From: Azolla caroliniana
Lineage: Eukaryota; Plantae; Polypodiophyta
NCBI GenBank assembly: GCA_043228905.1
Contig: JBHGNT010000007.1
Coordinates: forward strand, 6,944,001 to 7,008,000
Direction of reading: 5' to 3'
Length of the DNA stretch: 64,000 nt
How positions within the stretch are numbered: position 1 is the stretch's first letter; each line of letters begins with the position of its first letter. Shown piece by piece: positions 13,203 through 26,713 of the stretch. The translations under genes and the position numbers were made by a program. The notes under the pieces were generated by a model that had not been told where the DNA came from, did not search any database, and saw nothing but the letters and a program-made list of their open reading frames with translations.

Positions 13203-13735
13203 TCAATTCTCAAGCTTGTTTTAGAAATAGCCTTGTTGGTCTTTAATATTTAGAAATAGCTGTAGTACTTGTATATACTGTTTATGTACAACCATACTTG
13301 GCACTTGACAGATCTGATGGTTTCTTCATATAGTTAATATAAAGCAACAAAAAAGAGATATGTAATTAAATTACAGAGATTAGGTGGAGAGGGAATGTGC
13401 CTTGCCATGATGCTCATGGGGAAAACAATAGTCAATATAGATAGGCTAAACAACTACAAACATTTTCATCAAATGAATCAGCATCAAACAAATATTCTTA
13501 TCGAGACTGTAGTGGAGGGCACAAGTAGAAAACCATTATGACTAGTTAAAATTTCAATGGTTTATAAACTGCCATTAAAAACTTATTCTACTAACCAATT
13601 TGGAAAATTGTGGTTCTTGTGAACTTCCTCGTGCAAAGAAATCTCTCAACTGTCAAATAAATTTAAATTCTTGTGATATCATGATAAGAATTTATCATGC
13701 TTAATTTACATGCTTCTGTCTGAATCCAGCTACAT

Positions 13736-16700
13736 TTACTTAGCGAGCAGCCATCGGTAAACTACAACCAAGAAAGTCTCTTCATACAGTAATATAAATA
13801 AGCCTACTGTATCAAATGGAATAGTGTAAAACAGCTACAATCACACTACAATGAGAAAATCAAGTTAATCTTTCAAGCTTTTGCATCTTGTTTGATATAG
13901 CTATGACATAAATCTCAATGGATGTGAATTCTATTAATCCTTTCCTATGTCTGCATACTCCAATAGTTCTGGTTAACATATGAGGAAATTCATGATTACA
14001 AATTTACAAATATGGGCGGCTTTGGATTACTAGAGATAATGATAATGCATGTATCTGAGGTGTGGATTACTTATTATAGTTCTCCTAAACAAACGTATTT
14101 TTCTTCAATATTGATTTATAAACATGTCAACTACTATTAGTTTATCTCACGTACTTTTTCGGATGCAGCTTGACGCCTGCTTTTATGTGTCTCATCATTG
14201 ACGTCGGCTCCTGTGACCATTATTTTATAGGTTAATAAGATTTCAACATGGTTTTAGAAAGAAAGAATTTGAGAAAATTAAAAATGATTGCAACTGCTGG
14301 GACAAATGAGTTCTATCAAAATATTTGGCTTAAACAGAATAAATCCATTTACACGACATATATGTGAAGCATCTGCTAAATTAATAACAAATAAAAGATT
14401 CATGTAAGGAAACAAAGAGCTTTCTGCAACTAAAGACTTCTCTTTTTGGCGTTTTTCATTTATATCCAGGTGTTATTCAAGAGAATATCACCTATTTCTC
14501 TCATTGGTTGATTTTACATTTGGAATATGTTCATAAAAAATTTCTTCTTAGCTTTTCCTTTTGCTTTGTTACAACTTGGAACTAATCATTATCGATTATG
14601 AAGTGCAAGGGCACAAGTAAAATCTTCATGATAAAAGCCACTATTCTAAGGATTAACATTATGAAACAATAGAATGGGACCTGAGCTTTGAGATATGGTG
14701 TGAGCTTATAATCCCACACATTCAATTGTAAGACCGATTTAATTACACTTGCTTCTTTGCATGTTCTTAAGATATATGATTTTTATGAGGTTTCTCTGAT
14801 ATCAGATATTGGATGCTTTATCATGTTTTACTGATATAATTGTAGCATGTAATGCATTTTGGTTTTTTGCTTGAATGCTATCATTTTTAATTAATATAAG
14901 ATCAGAGAATTTAATTTTCTCAATCAGGTATTCACCTCCAAGCCGTAACACTTCTGCTTCTAATTCTTTGAGTTTCTTCTTGCATCGTATGTCGTTTTCA
15001 TCGGAAGTTTTTTGCAGCTTCTCTAGATCATTCACAAACACTACTTTCTCATGCTGCAATCCTGAAATCTCCTTTTCAAGACTGTCAACCTTTTCCATGT
15101 ATTGTGATTTTAATTTAATTTCTGCCTGATCTTTTTCTTTGATTAATGTTTGTAAGTACAATACTTCATTGCTAGACCCAGATGTTACACCTTCCAATTC
15201 ATGTCTTAGGGATTCAATCTCCTTGGTCAAATTTTCAGCCATCATACCCTTCTCCTTGAGTCTAGCATTAAGTGATTGTATATCGAGACCTAGAGAATCC
15301 TTCTCTTCTTCCAATTTGCTTACTTTTCCTTTCCATTCCTCTAAAGTTTGTTCGTGCTGGCTTCGTTCATCCTGTATTACTTGTTTGAGTTCATCCACTG
15401 AGCCAACTGAACCAGAATGTTCTTCCTTAATGTTTAAAAGCTTCTTTTCAAGAGCTTCTACCTGCTTCTTCGAATTTTCAGATTGCTGCTGGTTTTGCAA
15501 CTTCAGATTCTGGATCTCCACAGTTAGCACCTCTTTCAGCTGTTTAAGATTATCTCTCTCTTTCTCAACTTCTCCAGCCTTTGTGCTTTGTTCTTCTTGA
15601 AGACCTTGGAGCGTAATTTGAAGATCATTTACAAGTTTTGAAGATGCTGCCAATTCAACTGCAAGTGTTTCCTTTTCAGCTTGAATCTGGGTGATCTCTT
15701 CAGAGAGTAACTGTAATTTTTCATTCCAATGATTACTCGTGTTTTCAGAATGTCTGGAAAGCTCTTCTTCTAATTCCTGTTTAAGTTTAGATATTGCATT
15801 AGATGTGCACATTTTTTCTAAATTTCGAAGATGTTGAATTTCTTCTAGACAAGTTCCCATACTCGAAACAACTTCAGAGAGAGCCATTCCTGGAAGTCTC
15901 ATTTCAATATGAGGATAATCACTGCATTTACTAAACTGATGAAGAATTTTTCCATGGTCTTCATTTCTCTTCATTTCCTCAGCAATATCTTTCTTCAGAT
16001 GGATGGCATTTTTCAGCACATTAACAAGCGCATCTTGAGAACACAGCATAATGTTTTTCATTTCTTCAGTTTTCTGCTTACTATCAGCATTAGCTCTAGT
16101 GTTTTCCTGTGCTTCTGCCTTCAACTTCTGGATAAGTTCTATTATTATAGAGCTCAGCAATTCAGGTTCAAGCACATTCATATTATCTGCAGTAAGGGAG
16201 TGATGAATATTTTTAAGTGTTCCCCTCAGGGATTCCAACTCTTTTTTTGAAGTGGCCCATGAACATTCAAGCATTTTCATTTCTAGAACTTTGTCCTCCG
16301 CATGCTTCTTTTTCAGTTCAACATTTTGTAGCTTGGATTCAAACTCTTTATATCCAGAGCTCAAGCAGTTTATTTTTAAGATTAAATCAGGAAGTCTTGA
16401 TATTGTATCGACAAAATGTTCTTGCATAAGTGATTTCCTTCTAGGTTTATTCACAATGTGCTCTATTTTACAGAGTTTGTCATTTTCATGATATCCTCCT
16501 TCAGCTATGATGCCTTCTAGCATCTGCAGATTTGTTGTTATAACATTGTGATAAGAAAAAGCTTCCTCGTAGAATGATTCTAGTTCATCTTTACGTACTT
16601 TGATTTGTTTCAGATGGGAGAGCAAATTCTCATTTCCAGAGACACTGTTATCAACAGCTACATCAAGACACTTAATACTATCCTGCAGAGTCATTAATTG

Positions 16701-17851
16701 GCCACACATTCCTTGATTTTCTTCCTGCAAATGAGCAATGACAGCCTTGAGCTGATCTCTTTCTTTTGAAATGAACTGCACCTTTCTTAATAAAGTCTCA
16801 ATCTTGCATCTCTTCTCCAATGTCTCTGCAACCATCATATTTTTATGGTTGCTCTTTAGTTCAAGGATTGACGAAGCTAAGATATTATCTTGATCTATGC
16901 ATGCCAACATTTTGTGCATACATGTTATGTAGCAATGCAAAATCTCTTGCTCTGATCCTAGCATTGCAAGCTTTTTCTCTTGTTCTGTGACCTTTTTCTG
17001 TCTACTAAACAAGTTTGCTTCTGCAGCTAATTTCTCCTTCTTCAAATCCTATAATAAAGTAGGGCCAATAAGGCAAAATAGTTACAATCAAAACCTCTTT
17101 CGATACTGAGATTAGAAACAGGGGGCAAACAGACACCTCAACTCTGCCTGCTGTTGCAAAGTACTTCCTCTTTTGTTCTCTCACAGCCAAAAGAATCTTA
17201 TGAAAGAGTTCTCTATCTATCGTCAGATTGCTCAAGTCTCTTCGTTTGCCCATATCCTTTTGAACTTGATCCTTTGATTTCTCCATTTCTTCCATGGCAT
17301 CAGGGTTTTGTGGATCCAGTTCCACCAAAACTTCATATTTAAGCTTATGTGCAAACACATTTAATGATTCTCTCTCCAGTCTCAAATTCGATTCTAACTG
17401 ACTTGTTGCATGAACCTAAATGATCATACCATAGCATATTACAGTTCATGTACAATACTAACCAAATCATCCAAAATTTAAGGAAAGTCCTTTTAAGGGG
17501 TAGGTATGACCTTAGATACAAAAACCATGAGGGCAGATCGCATTTTATTCAAAATGGTGCCCCATTTTCTAAAGGCTTGCTTGTGAGAAACCTTTCCAGG
17601 GTTAACTTTTGTCTCATCAGTTACAACTGTGGCCACTTCAGAATCAATTTCATCTGTTAAACTTTGTTTTAGCTCATTATCTATTGATTTGCACACACCC
17701 TTAGGTAGAGAAACATCTACTCTGCTCTCATTAATTGTGTTGAGATCTTGTTCACTTATAATTCCTGCTTTTACAATCAGTGATTCTATAGCTTCCAGCT
17801 TCACAAAAAGCCGTTCTGTTTCTTTCACCTGAGACTGTAACAAAACGAATG

Positions 17852-17925
<74 letters not shown>

Positions 17926-20900
17926 TAAACCTATTTAAAAAATTCTTGAATAATATCAGGCTCACGATTGCAGAATTTCGACTTGTAATAGCTTCTTTCA
18001 ACTGTTTTTCTCAAAAGTTCTGATTCATGAAACAACGATTTCAATTTTTTCATCTCGTTGGCCTACCTGCTTGCTCTGTGTGAATCTCAACATGAAGTAA
18101 ATATAAGTTGAGAGCTCAATGATATAAAAACATAATCGCTATGGTAATGTTTTTACATGAACCTCAGTACGATGCATGATCAAACGCAAGGAAATAATAA
18201 TACACTAACTGCTCGAATATGGTGCACATATTTTTGCAATTGGCTACTCAATATCATATCCAGCACCTCCAACCCTGCCTACTAAATTAACTGGTTGCAA
18301 AATTGTGTATCACATAAAAACAATAGATATTGTATGATCTACAAAAGAATGCCCTAGGTGAAGGCATTGCCTTTGCCCCAATTCAGGAAAAACCCGAAAG
18401 AAAACCCATGGAAGACCAACATTTAAAGATCTTGACACAGTAACAAGAATCTAATCCAAAAAGAACTGTATTTTGCACAATAAATACTNNNNNNNNNNNN
18501 NNNNNNNNNNNNNNNNNNNNNNNNNNNNNNNNNNNNNNNNNNNNNNNNNNNNNNNNNNNNNNNNNNNNNNNNNNNNNNNNNNNNNNNNACAAAAATAGTG
18601 TATGATCTACAAAAGAATGCCCTAGGTGAAGGCATTGCCTTTGCCCCAATTCAGGAAAAACCCGAAAGAAAACCCATGGAAGACCAACATTTAAAGATCT
18701 TGACACAGTAACAAGAATCTAATCCAAAAAGAACTGTATTTTGCACAATAAATACTGTTATTATTTTACATTTCCTAATTGATATCAACAAGCAAAAACA
18801 AAAATGATACTATCCTCCTCAGAAGTAGAAAAACTCACCAAGAGATTATTTTCAGATCGCAAGTATAATATTTTTCCCGCCATATTTGACCTTCCTAGCC
18901 TCCTTTTGGTGACACTGCAGACACTGAACGCATCCTTTTGTCCTTGCTGATCTTCCTTGGGCATAGTGAAATCATCAAACCTTTGCCCAGATCCATCATT
19001 AAGATCTGTGAATCCTGGCTTCTTCCAGACTTTCTTTGAGCCTTTGACAATACTTCCTTGCCGAACGGGTTCTGGAGCTCCCTCATGAAGCTCAGTCAAG
19101 TTAAACATCTCAAGAGGATCTTCAATGCATTTGTAGATAAGTGCCAATTGATGTTCGAGCAATTTTCTCTTTGATTCAGAAAGTTGGAGGTCCTCTCTAA
19201 GATCCAAAATCTGTTTAAATTATCAGACTCGAATGAGAGACCTATCGTTTGTCTTGAACCTACCTAGGTTTCTTCTTCTTTCATATTAATCTTGTAGATG
19301 TGGAACGTTAACTTACCCTAGAAAGCCTTAACCTAGATCCATGAGTGACATACATTACCTTCTTCTCATTCACTCCAGCGACTGATGTTATTTTAACCTG
19401 CATTTGCTCACTTTGGTTTCTAAGGAAACATAGTTCCTTCCCAAATCGCTGCATCACAAAAAAAGAAGAAAGACAACATATTCACCAATTCTAAGACATT
19501 CAAGATCCAAAGAAGCTTTGAGATTAACATCTAATGGACCTGATCTTGCATAGGTAGATAAGAAAATGAGATGTATTTTGCTTACTTTTAAAGGAATGTT
19601 TATGTTAAAATTTTAATCAGCCCAGAAGTCATTGGTACAAGTATGAAGGGATAGTATGTATTTCAACAACTTTGTACCGCAAACACACACACCTTGTTTA
19701 CACCTCCTAGTTGAGATTTCAAGAAATTGATCTTCCTTCTTTGCTTTTCAATCACTGCATCCCTGTCTTGAGCAGCGGCCTCCAATGCTGATGTTCTGTC
19801 TATGAAGGACCACAAAGAATGCTATTGAGCAGATTAACATTGTTACTTCTACAGTGGAGGCCAAGGGAAAAAAATAATTAATTAATTTTAAAATCCCTAA
19901 GCTAAATTATGACCTTTTATTGGTTCAAATCCCTCTACCTTCACTTTTCTAACCCACTTTACAGTGTCATCTGTCTGATATTCACTGCATCCCACTCTTG
20001 GAATCATAATAACTTATCTGTTATTATCATTTTATTGAAATATGCACCTACTTCAGAGTTTGAAGAGATAATAGCATTTCTTAGTTATTTACACGTTCTC
20101 CTTTCCTGCCTATACAGGTATGTTTGGAATAATGTGTGTGGGTTTGTCGTACCCCAGGCATGTATGTGGATATTATTCTGCAATCACATAAGTTCAAGGT
20201 GCATCAATGATGGCTTGATCGCAATAGTGCCCAATTTTCATCATGAGACAAGGTCTACAATATGTCAGTTTATGCCATGTGTCAGCAAAACCTCAATCTA
20301 CCGAATCCTAAATCAGCTCTCGCGACTCAGTCCTCATGTCTTATGTAGCATTCTATTCCCACTATAAAGTTGAGCTGGCATTAAATTTGAGCGCTGAAAC
20401 AATGGTTTCTTTTTGTTCTTTGCAGAGCACTAAACCATTAGGCAGTAAAACAGGTAAAAAAAGAGGATATGGAACGGTGGTCATTTGGGTGGGTGAGTGC
20501 TACCCATGCTATGCTAATATATGGAAATATTATGCAGCTGTGAGCTTAATGTATTATATGGTTTGGCATGTTAACATCTGTACGAAATTCAAAAGAGATT
20601 ATTATTATTAATATATCAGAATGACTAGTAATACAGAGATAACATCAATAAATATCACCTGCATCTAAGCCTATGTATGGAATCAAGATCCTTCTCCCGA
20701 TCAGATTTGTGCTGTTCTTGTTCTAAATGCATCTCTAGTTCAGCCTTCCGTGCCAACTTCTTCCAGTGTTCAACTGATCCTCCATGACCAGATGCATATC
20801 TGAAATACAATTACGCCAGGAAATCAGCCTGGGTGGTAACAGGATTGAACAAAATTAAGTCAATTCCATTATAAATGAAGGCATGGTTCATATCCATTGT

Positions 20901-23518
20901 GCCTTATTTCAAACCCAAGCATAATTTTGGCAAAAAAGAAGATATTCTTGGTAGTATTATTCATATTAGGCTACATCAAGACTTCCTGTTTCCAGAAGCT
21001 AAATATGATTTTGAAATTATTTTGTAGTTTAATAATGAGTGAAGGCTGCACGCATTGGGGTTTCCTAAGATCTGGAATGGATGGAGATAGAAGCATCCAT
21101 TACTTATGTCTGCTGTATTCCAGCTTAAGACACCAGCTAAAAGGTCATGAAAAACAAACATTTCTAATACACATGCACAGGGGGGGTTAAATTCCTGCGG
21201 AGATGGGTAATAATTAGGCTACATCAAGAAAATCTGTTTCCAGAACCTAAATATGATTTTGAAATTATTTTGTAGTTTAATAATGAGTGACGGCTGCAAG
21301 CATTGGGGGCCCTAATATCTGGAATAGATGGAGATAGAAGCATCCATTACTTATGTCTGATGTGTTTCCATTTAAAACACCAACAAAAGGAACTCATGAG
21401 TTACCTGGGATGATACTCCCCTCACCATCATTTCTAACACACATGCATAAGGGGTGTTAAATTCCTGGTGTGGTGAAGAGTAGGCCCTCCTAATGAGATT
21501 GTATTGTCATCCTTACTAAGGACTACCATTTATAGAAGAGCATGTAGTGGCAATCCCCCGTAATCTTGGCATCAAATGTGATGATCAGGTAGACATATAT
21601 TAAGGCCAGCCTAGACCACAGAGGATCTAGACACATGGGTCTAGAAGTAAGAGAGTATTGTGGGGCACCCAAATCCTAACCTCTTTTAGCGATATCAATA
21701 GTGATCCTTTTCATGTATAGAACTCATATAAAAATCATATATTGATATAAATTTTGAGCCTTCTTTGCCCCCACTAAAAGTTTCCATATCTGTTCAAGAA
21801 GTCAAAGTGGCAGACCTTCATAGCAACATTCCCCATGGTACAGAAGTAACACATGTCAATTTTCACTCCTCTATTAGCCATTAAAAGTTTGAATCTTCAA
21901 GGAAAAATGTATCTCTCCCAGTCTCCACATGTGACACACAGCTCTCTAATCTGACTCCAATTGACTCCTTTGAAAGGTTATTCTGACCTTAACAGAATCA
22001 TTTCCTTCTTTTCTAGGAAAATGGAAGGGATACGTACACTACGAGATATAAAATGAATGCCTCAATGAGAATGTATTACAGAAACATCATACTAAAAATC
22101 AATGGTTGACACAAACTTTTCAAAGCCTAATGTACATTTTAGCCAGAAAGCGCAGAAAGAAAACAGTGGTTATAAAAAAGAAATCTCACGTCAGAAAATG
22201 TGTAAGCTGTGGTGAACTACTACGTTGGACTTTGTCCATAATGCCATATTTGTTATTATTCAATATCTCTGGAAGAAAAGGCTGCAAGAAGCAAAATATC
22301 CATATAAGTTTGTGTTTAAACCTGCAACTGTTGCACGATAAATGTGCAAGTTTTGAGGAGTCGGTTATCACTATATACAACATTATAACAAGTTCTCCTC
22401 CATTGCTCATCACAATGACACACTTGATGAGTGTAACTGAGTGTAAGTACATAATCCATCCTCTTAATATAATGTTTTAAGTCAATATTCATTCATAATT
22501 TTCACAAATGGATCTCTTATTAGGTGATTAAGAATGGTACTCTATTTGTTTTGCTTTAAATGAAAGAGAACAAATCTACAATATTCAAAGATTGAAAATC
22601 CACTTCGAAGACATCCTTAGGCACTTCAGAAAAACTAACTCTTCAAAGATCTCATATTTTGCACTATACCTCTAGAACTGTGAGAGTGTTCAATAACAAA
22701 AACCAGATTTTAAACCTAATATTTATTGTATAGAAACGGGAGAAGAAAGAAAGAGAGCTCTATTGATGTCTCTAAGAGACCTGATGGCAAGTTAGGTGCC
22801 AACTGAAAATGAATGGTGGTTTCTCGAAGTACTTCTTGAGCAACATGGAGTTCAAGCAAGAGTGTCAACACTCTCCCACACTCTTTGGTCTATGCTCCGA
22901 TAAACTAGATGATATAGTCAACAAGGCTGCAGAAGAAGATGGATTAGATGGCCCAAAACTCAAGGACAAACTTATTTTTATACTCCTATATGTCGACAAT
23001 GTTGCGTTATTCTCATATAATGTGGACGCTATGCAACACTTACTTGGTGTATTTGGGACATTCTATCAAATCAGCGAGCTAATTATACATGTGGATAAAA
23101 CAAAAATGATGGCAATACAACCAAGAAACTAAGCCACTGCTACATACGGTGGAGAACCAGTACAGGTGATGCAAAGCTTCATATAATGTCCCACTCTTTT
23201 ATAAAGAGAATCCAGAAATCGTCCACCTTTTTACATGGAGATCTAACAAAAAATTCTATGAGGAGAGATGAAAGATAGCTCAGAGGAGGTTTAAACCTGA
23301 GGGGAGTGATGGCGGCCGCCTCGCCTATGTTGGTGATGAGGATCAACACCCGTGTAATCTTCAGCATCGCTGAGTGGGGGATGTCTACAAGCAGAAGAGG
23401 AGCCAGGAGAAGAAGAAGAAGAGGGAAGGAGGCGGGATCCTTGAGGAACATCGGAGAGACCTCCCCGTGCTCCATTAATGTTCTCTTTGTCTTCCTCACT
23501 TCCCGAAGGTTTGGCCAT
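13736..23518 (-). CDS. Large coiled-coil protein (~1300 aa), 12 exons, family unknown
   Basis: Exons 23297-23518 (MAKPSGSEEDKEN..), 22190-22281, 20659-20799, 19693-19795, 19359-19448, 18839-19210, 17966-18075, 17511-17834, 17137-17415, 14936-17048, 14151-14210, 13736-13761 (..QAASEKVLYRWLLAK*). All are GT-AG and phase-consistent except 17966-18075, which carries two extra bases in A-runs. Sequence is rich in E/K/L/Q heptads. Confidence 0.85.
17854..17922. repeat. (AT)n microsatellite
   Basis: Long perfect AT run in an intron. Confidence 0.95.
18333..18756. other. 100-N scaffold gap (18489-18588) with about 155 bp duplicated on both sides
   Basis: TATGATCTACAAAAGAATGCC...GCACAATAAATACT occurs identically before and after the Ns, typical of unmerged overlapping contig ends. 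Confidence 0.9.
20965..21467. repeat. Intronic tandem duplication, ~249-bp period, 2 copies
   Basis: ATTAGGCTACATCAAGA...AATATGATTTTGAAATTATTTTGTAG at ~20965 and ~21214, diverged and with an indel. Confidence 0.85.
22790..23180 (+). mobile_element. RTE LINE RT fragment in intron 1 of the coiled-coil gene
   Basis: FKQECQHSPTLFGL..LIFILLYVDNVALF..IHVDKTKMM; same family as 10370-10760. Confidence 0.8.
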
Positions 23519-23691
23519 GCACCTCCTCTCTCTCTTTGCTGCAACAGGAAGCATCCCTCCTCCTTCCTGCTTTCGAATTAAAGCTATTTCAATTTAAACC
23601 TGTTTTCCCTGACTTCTTCTTTTCTGACCTCTGCTTTCTCATTACTCGACTTAAAACCTGTTTGCCTGCTTCCTTTCCGCGTCTTCCTGCG

Positions 23692-23852
23692 TTCTTCTTC
23701 TTCTTCTTCTTCTTTTTCTTCCTTTTTGGCCAGTCCCCTCTATCCACCTCCTCCTTCCTTTTTCCTTCGGTCTGTCTTCCTTGTCTGTGTCTGTCGGTTT
23801 GGCCTCCTGTCTCCTGATTCTCCTCCTCCGCCGCCGCCGCCGCCGCCGCCGC
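23692..23852. repeat. (CTT)n and (CCG)n microsatellites in the 5' leader region of the coiled-coil gene
   Basis: Seen directly: CTT run ~23692-23720 and CCG run ~23828-23852. Confidence 0.85.
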
Positions 23853-24035
23853 CTATCTGCTGTGTGTGCAGCACCGCACAGAGAAAAGAATGCGTGCGTC
23901 TCTCTCTCGCTCGCTCGCTCTCAACGGCATTTGCAGTTATATGAGAAGCGAGTGATTCCGTAGTGAAGGAGGAGGAGGCGGCAGCAGCAGGAGGAGGCCG
24001 AGGCCATGGCAGCGACCCGACAATCCGGGGCGGGC

Positions 24036-24240
24036 CGGACATAGACACGGACACCGCCACAGCTTTTGGCCATGGACACTGGCACACAGACACAGCTTTT
24101 GGACACATACACCGGGCATGGCTTTTGGACATCGACACTCGCTCGGACACTAACACTGACACGGCTTTCGAACACTACATGGGCATCGACACGGCTTTTT
24201 GGACGTGGGCCCACGTGGACACTGACACGAACACGAACAT
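24036..24240. repeat. Imperfect array of GACAC / GACACGGCTTTTGGAC motifs
   Basis: (G)GACAC recurs many times and GCTTTTGGAC-like units about five times in ~200 bp. Confidence 0.7.
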
Positions 24241-24899
24241 TGTGGGGATTCCTGGAAGGGACACCATATGATAAGAGCTGCCCACCAGCTCTTACAGGAT
24301 TGGGGCGCTATCCATCCGTGCCCAGACGTTCCTGGTAATGCTTATGTCATAGAGGAGATGAGAGCCCCGGTTTTGAACTCCCCTTTGTGAGCAATTAGAA
24401 TATATGCCTTGAAATCGTAAGAGACAGAGCGGTCGTACTAAACATAGAAGGACAACCACATAAAAAGGCTAGTATTTGTAAACCCCCCCCCCCCTTCCTT
24501 CCCTCTCTTCCTTGATATTTTTTTAGGGCTTGTTATGCTATGTAAAGCTTGTTTGTTGATAAGGGAGTGAACTCGCTGCAAACAAAGAATATAATAACTA
24601 GATGGATGAGTGAGTGAGACATTTGGAGGGGGGAGATGATGGAAATGCTTGGGGGTTTGCAAGGATGAGAATTCGATAAACCTTCTCCAAATGGAAGCAA
24701 AATGATGATAACCATACCATGTTCTTCTCTCATCTACCACACATTGGCCCCATGCATGTGATGTACACACATGTATTTATGGCAATGAAAGAGAAATATC
24801 CATGATGACACATACAAAACACAGAGTTTTTGACCATGTCTCTTTAGCAAATGATATGCAAGATGCCCTCCATCACTAAAAACTTAATAGATGCAAATC

Positions 24900-25525
24900 G
24901 CGAATTGATGTCCCACAAAATTGTTGCTTGCATATTACATTGATGGGAAACCAAACGAGTGTTGGATTGCTAAAAAGGGTACGAAATTGTCCAACCTTAT
25001 CATATAAGAACCGCTTGGCGAAGTGTAAATCTCCAACCCCCAACACACACTCACTCTCTCTCTCTCTCACCTCTCCATATTTGTTTGATAGCACTATTGG
25101 TGTTAACCAAGGATGCCCACTCTCCCCAACTCTATTTGGTCTATGCATTGATGAATTAGAATAAATGGTTGTCAAGTTTGTAAAGGAATAATGTGTTGAA
25201 GAAGTTGCCACTAGGAATGTTGTCATTATGCTTTTGCTATATGTGGATGATGTAGTGCTTTTTGCAAATACTATAGGAAATGCACAAAAGCTTATGAAGG
25301 CATTGGAAAAAATTTGCATGCACACTAAATTATGTGTCAATAGCTCTAAAACAAAGATTATGCCTGTGAAGAGCCAAAAAGAGGTAAACCATGCATTATG
25401 TACAATAAGGAGCCACTTGAATGTGTGGAAAGCTTCAAATATCTTGGCCTTGAAGTCCCTTCAAATCATAGGTCATATTTGACCTCCGAATATGATAATA
25501 GAATATATCTATCTATCTATCTCTC
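24900..25525 (+). mobile_element. RTE LINE RT fragment with 3' tail
   Basis: STIGVNQGCPLSPTLFGLCIDELE; LLYVDDVVLFA..VNSSKTKIM; CATAGGTCATATTTG tail followed by (TATC)n. Confidence 0.85.
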
Positions 25526-25916
25526 TTTGGTAAAAGCACACAATTATATTAATTGAATATACAATCCACTTGTGACAACACTTCTTAGTCTCTTCTACTT
25601 ATTTATCCTATGTAGGGAGAGGGATGTCTTGTAATGCCACTAGGGAACCTAAATATGCACTTGACAAAATGATCCCCACATGCTCTAACATCCAAAAATT
25701 CTACATAAGGATATCTTTGATCTTCTTCATATAGGCTTTCACCTCAATGTCTACTATCAAACATGAAAGCATTACGCATATATCCAATTGTGTCGCAGTC
25801 CCCAACATTATAAAATTTGGAAGAATATCTCCATCTCGTCATTTGAACCATTTTGAACATATTGAGAACAAAACCCATTGTTGAGGCCTCAAATAACAAT
25901 GGGTTAAAAACTCACC

Positions 25917-25948
<32 letters not shown>

Positions 25949-26605
25949 AGATGTTGGGCTCCCAAACAACTCGACATGGAGTAGAAACGATTAAGAAGAT
26001 AAGGGAACGTGAGCTATGCCGACTAGAAGCTATGGTTGGGGTACCTTCTACATTAGGACCACGGGGGGCCACATCCACATTGAAAACCTTTGACCTCCCG
26101 CTTCTTTTCGAGAGACTTGGATGGAAATGAAACAAGGCCTAGTATAAAGCCATTTCATTGTAGAACATGTTTGTTATTTTACTAGAACTATTTAGCTTAT
26201 GCTCTATTTTTATTTTATTTTATTTTCACTTTCAATGAATGGGTAAATATCCCATTATGTTGTAAACCAATCGTCTTATGGGCTGGCCAATTTTGGCCTT
26301 AGAAGACGTTAATATATCTTTCTTTCTTTTCTTTCTCTCTCCTCAAGTTCAATCCTCGTCACGGGGCTAGGGCACCCCCGTGGATGTTAAAAATAAATAC
26401 TCTATATGTATGTATATATATACACGTCGTATGTATCGTGACATGTTCAAGTTCCGTCATGAGGAGACTGATTCAATAGAGTTTCTCTTGTTTGTGATGA
26501 TGAAGATGTCCGGGCAAAGCCAAACTATAATAATAATAATAATAATAAGGCATAGACAGTGTGAAACCATGAACGACCCCTCAAAGGTTTTCTAATCTCA
26601 TTGCC

Positions 26606-26614
26606 AAACCCTAA
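26606..26614 (+). promoter_or_regulatory. Telo-box (AAACCCTAA) ~100 bp upstream of RPS29
   Basis: Exact motif; known to be enriched near the starts of plant ribosomal protein genes. Confidence 0.7.
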
Positions 26615-26713
26615 TTTTCGACGCAGTCTGTCTGTGTATCTGCTTGCTTTGTGTTGGTGCAGAAGACAGAGAAGGAGAAGTAGACAGACAGACAGACAGA
26701 CAGACAGAGAAGG

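Noticed and set aside
14875-16491. Plus-strand Ser/Phe-rich ORFs
   Set aside because: They are antisense shadows of the large coiled-coil exon.
18333-18756. Direct repeat around the N-run and the ORFs that span it
   Set aside because: Identical copies on either side of a 100-N gap indicate a scaffolding overlap artefact.
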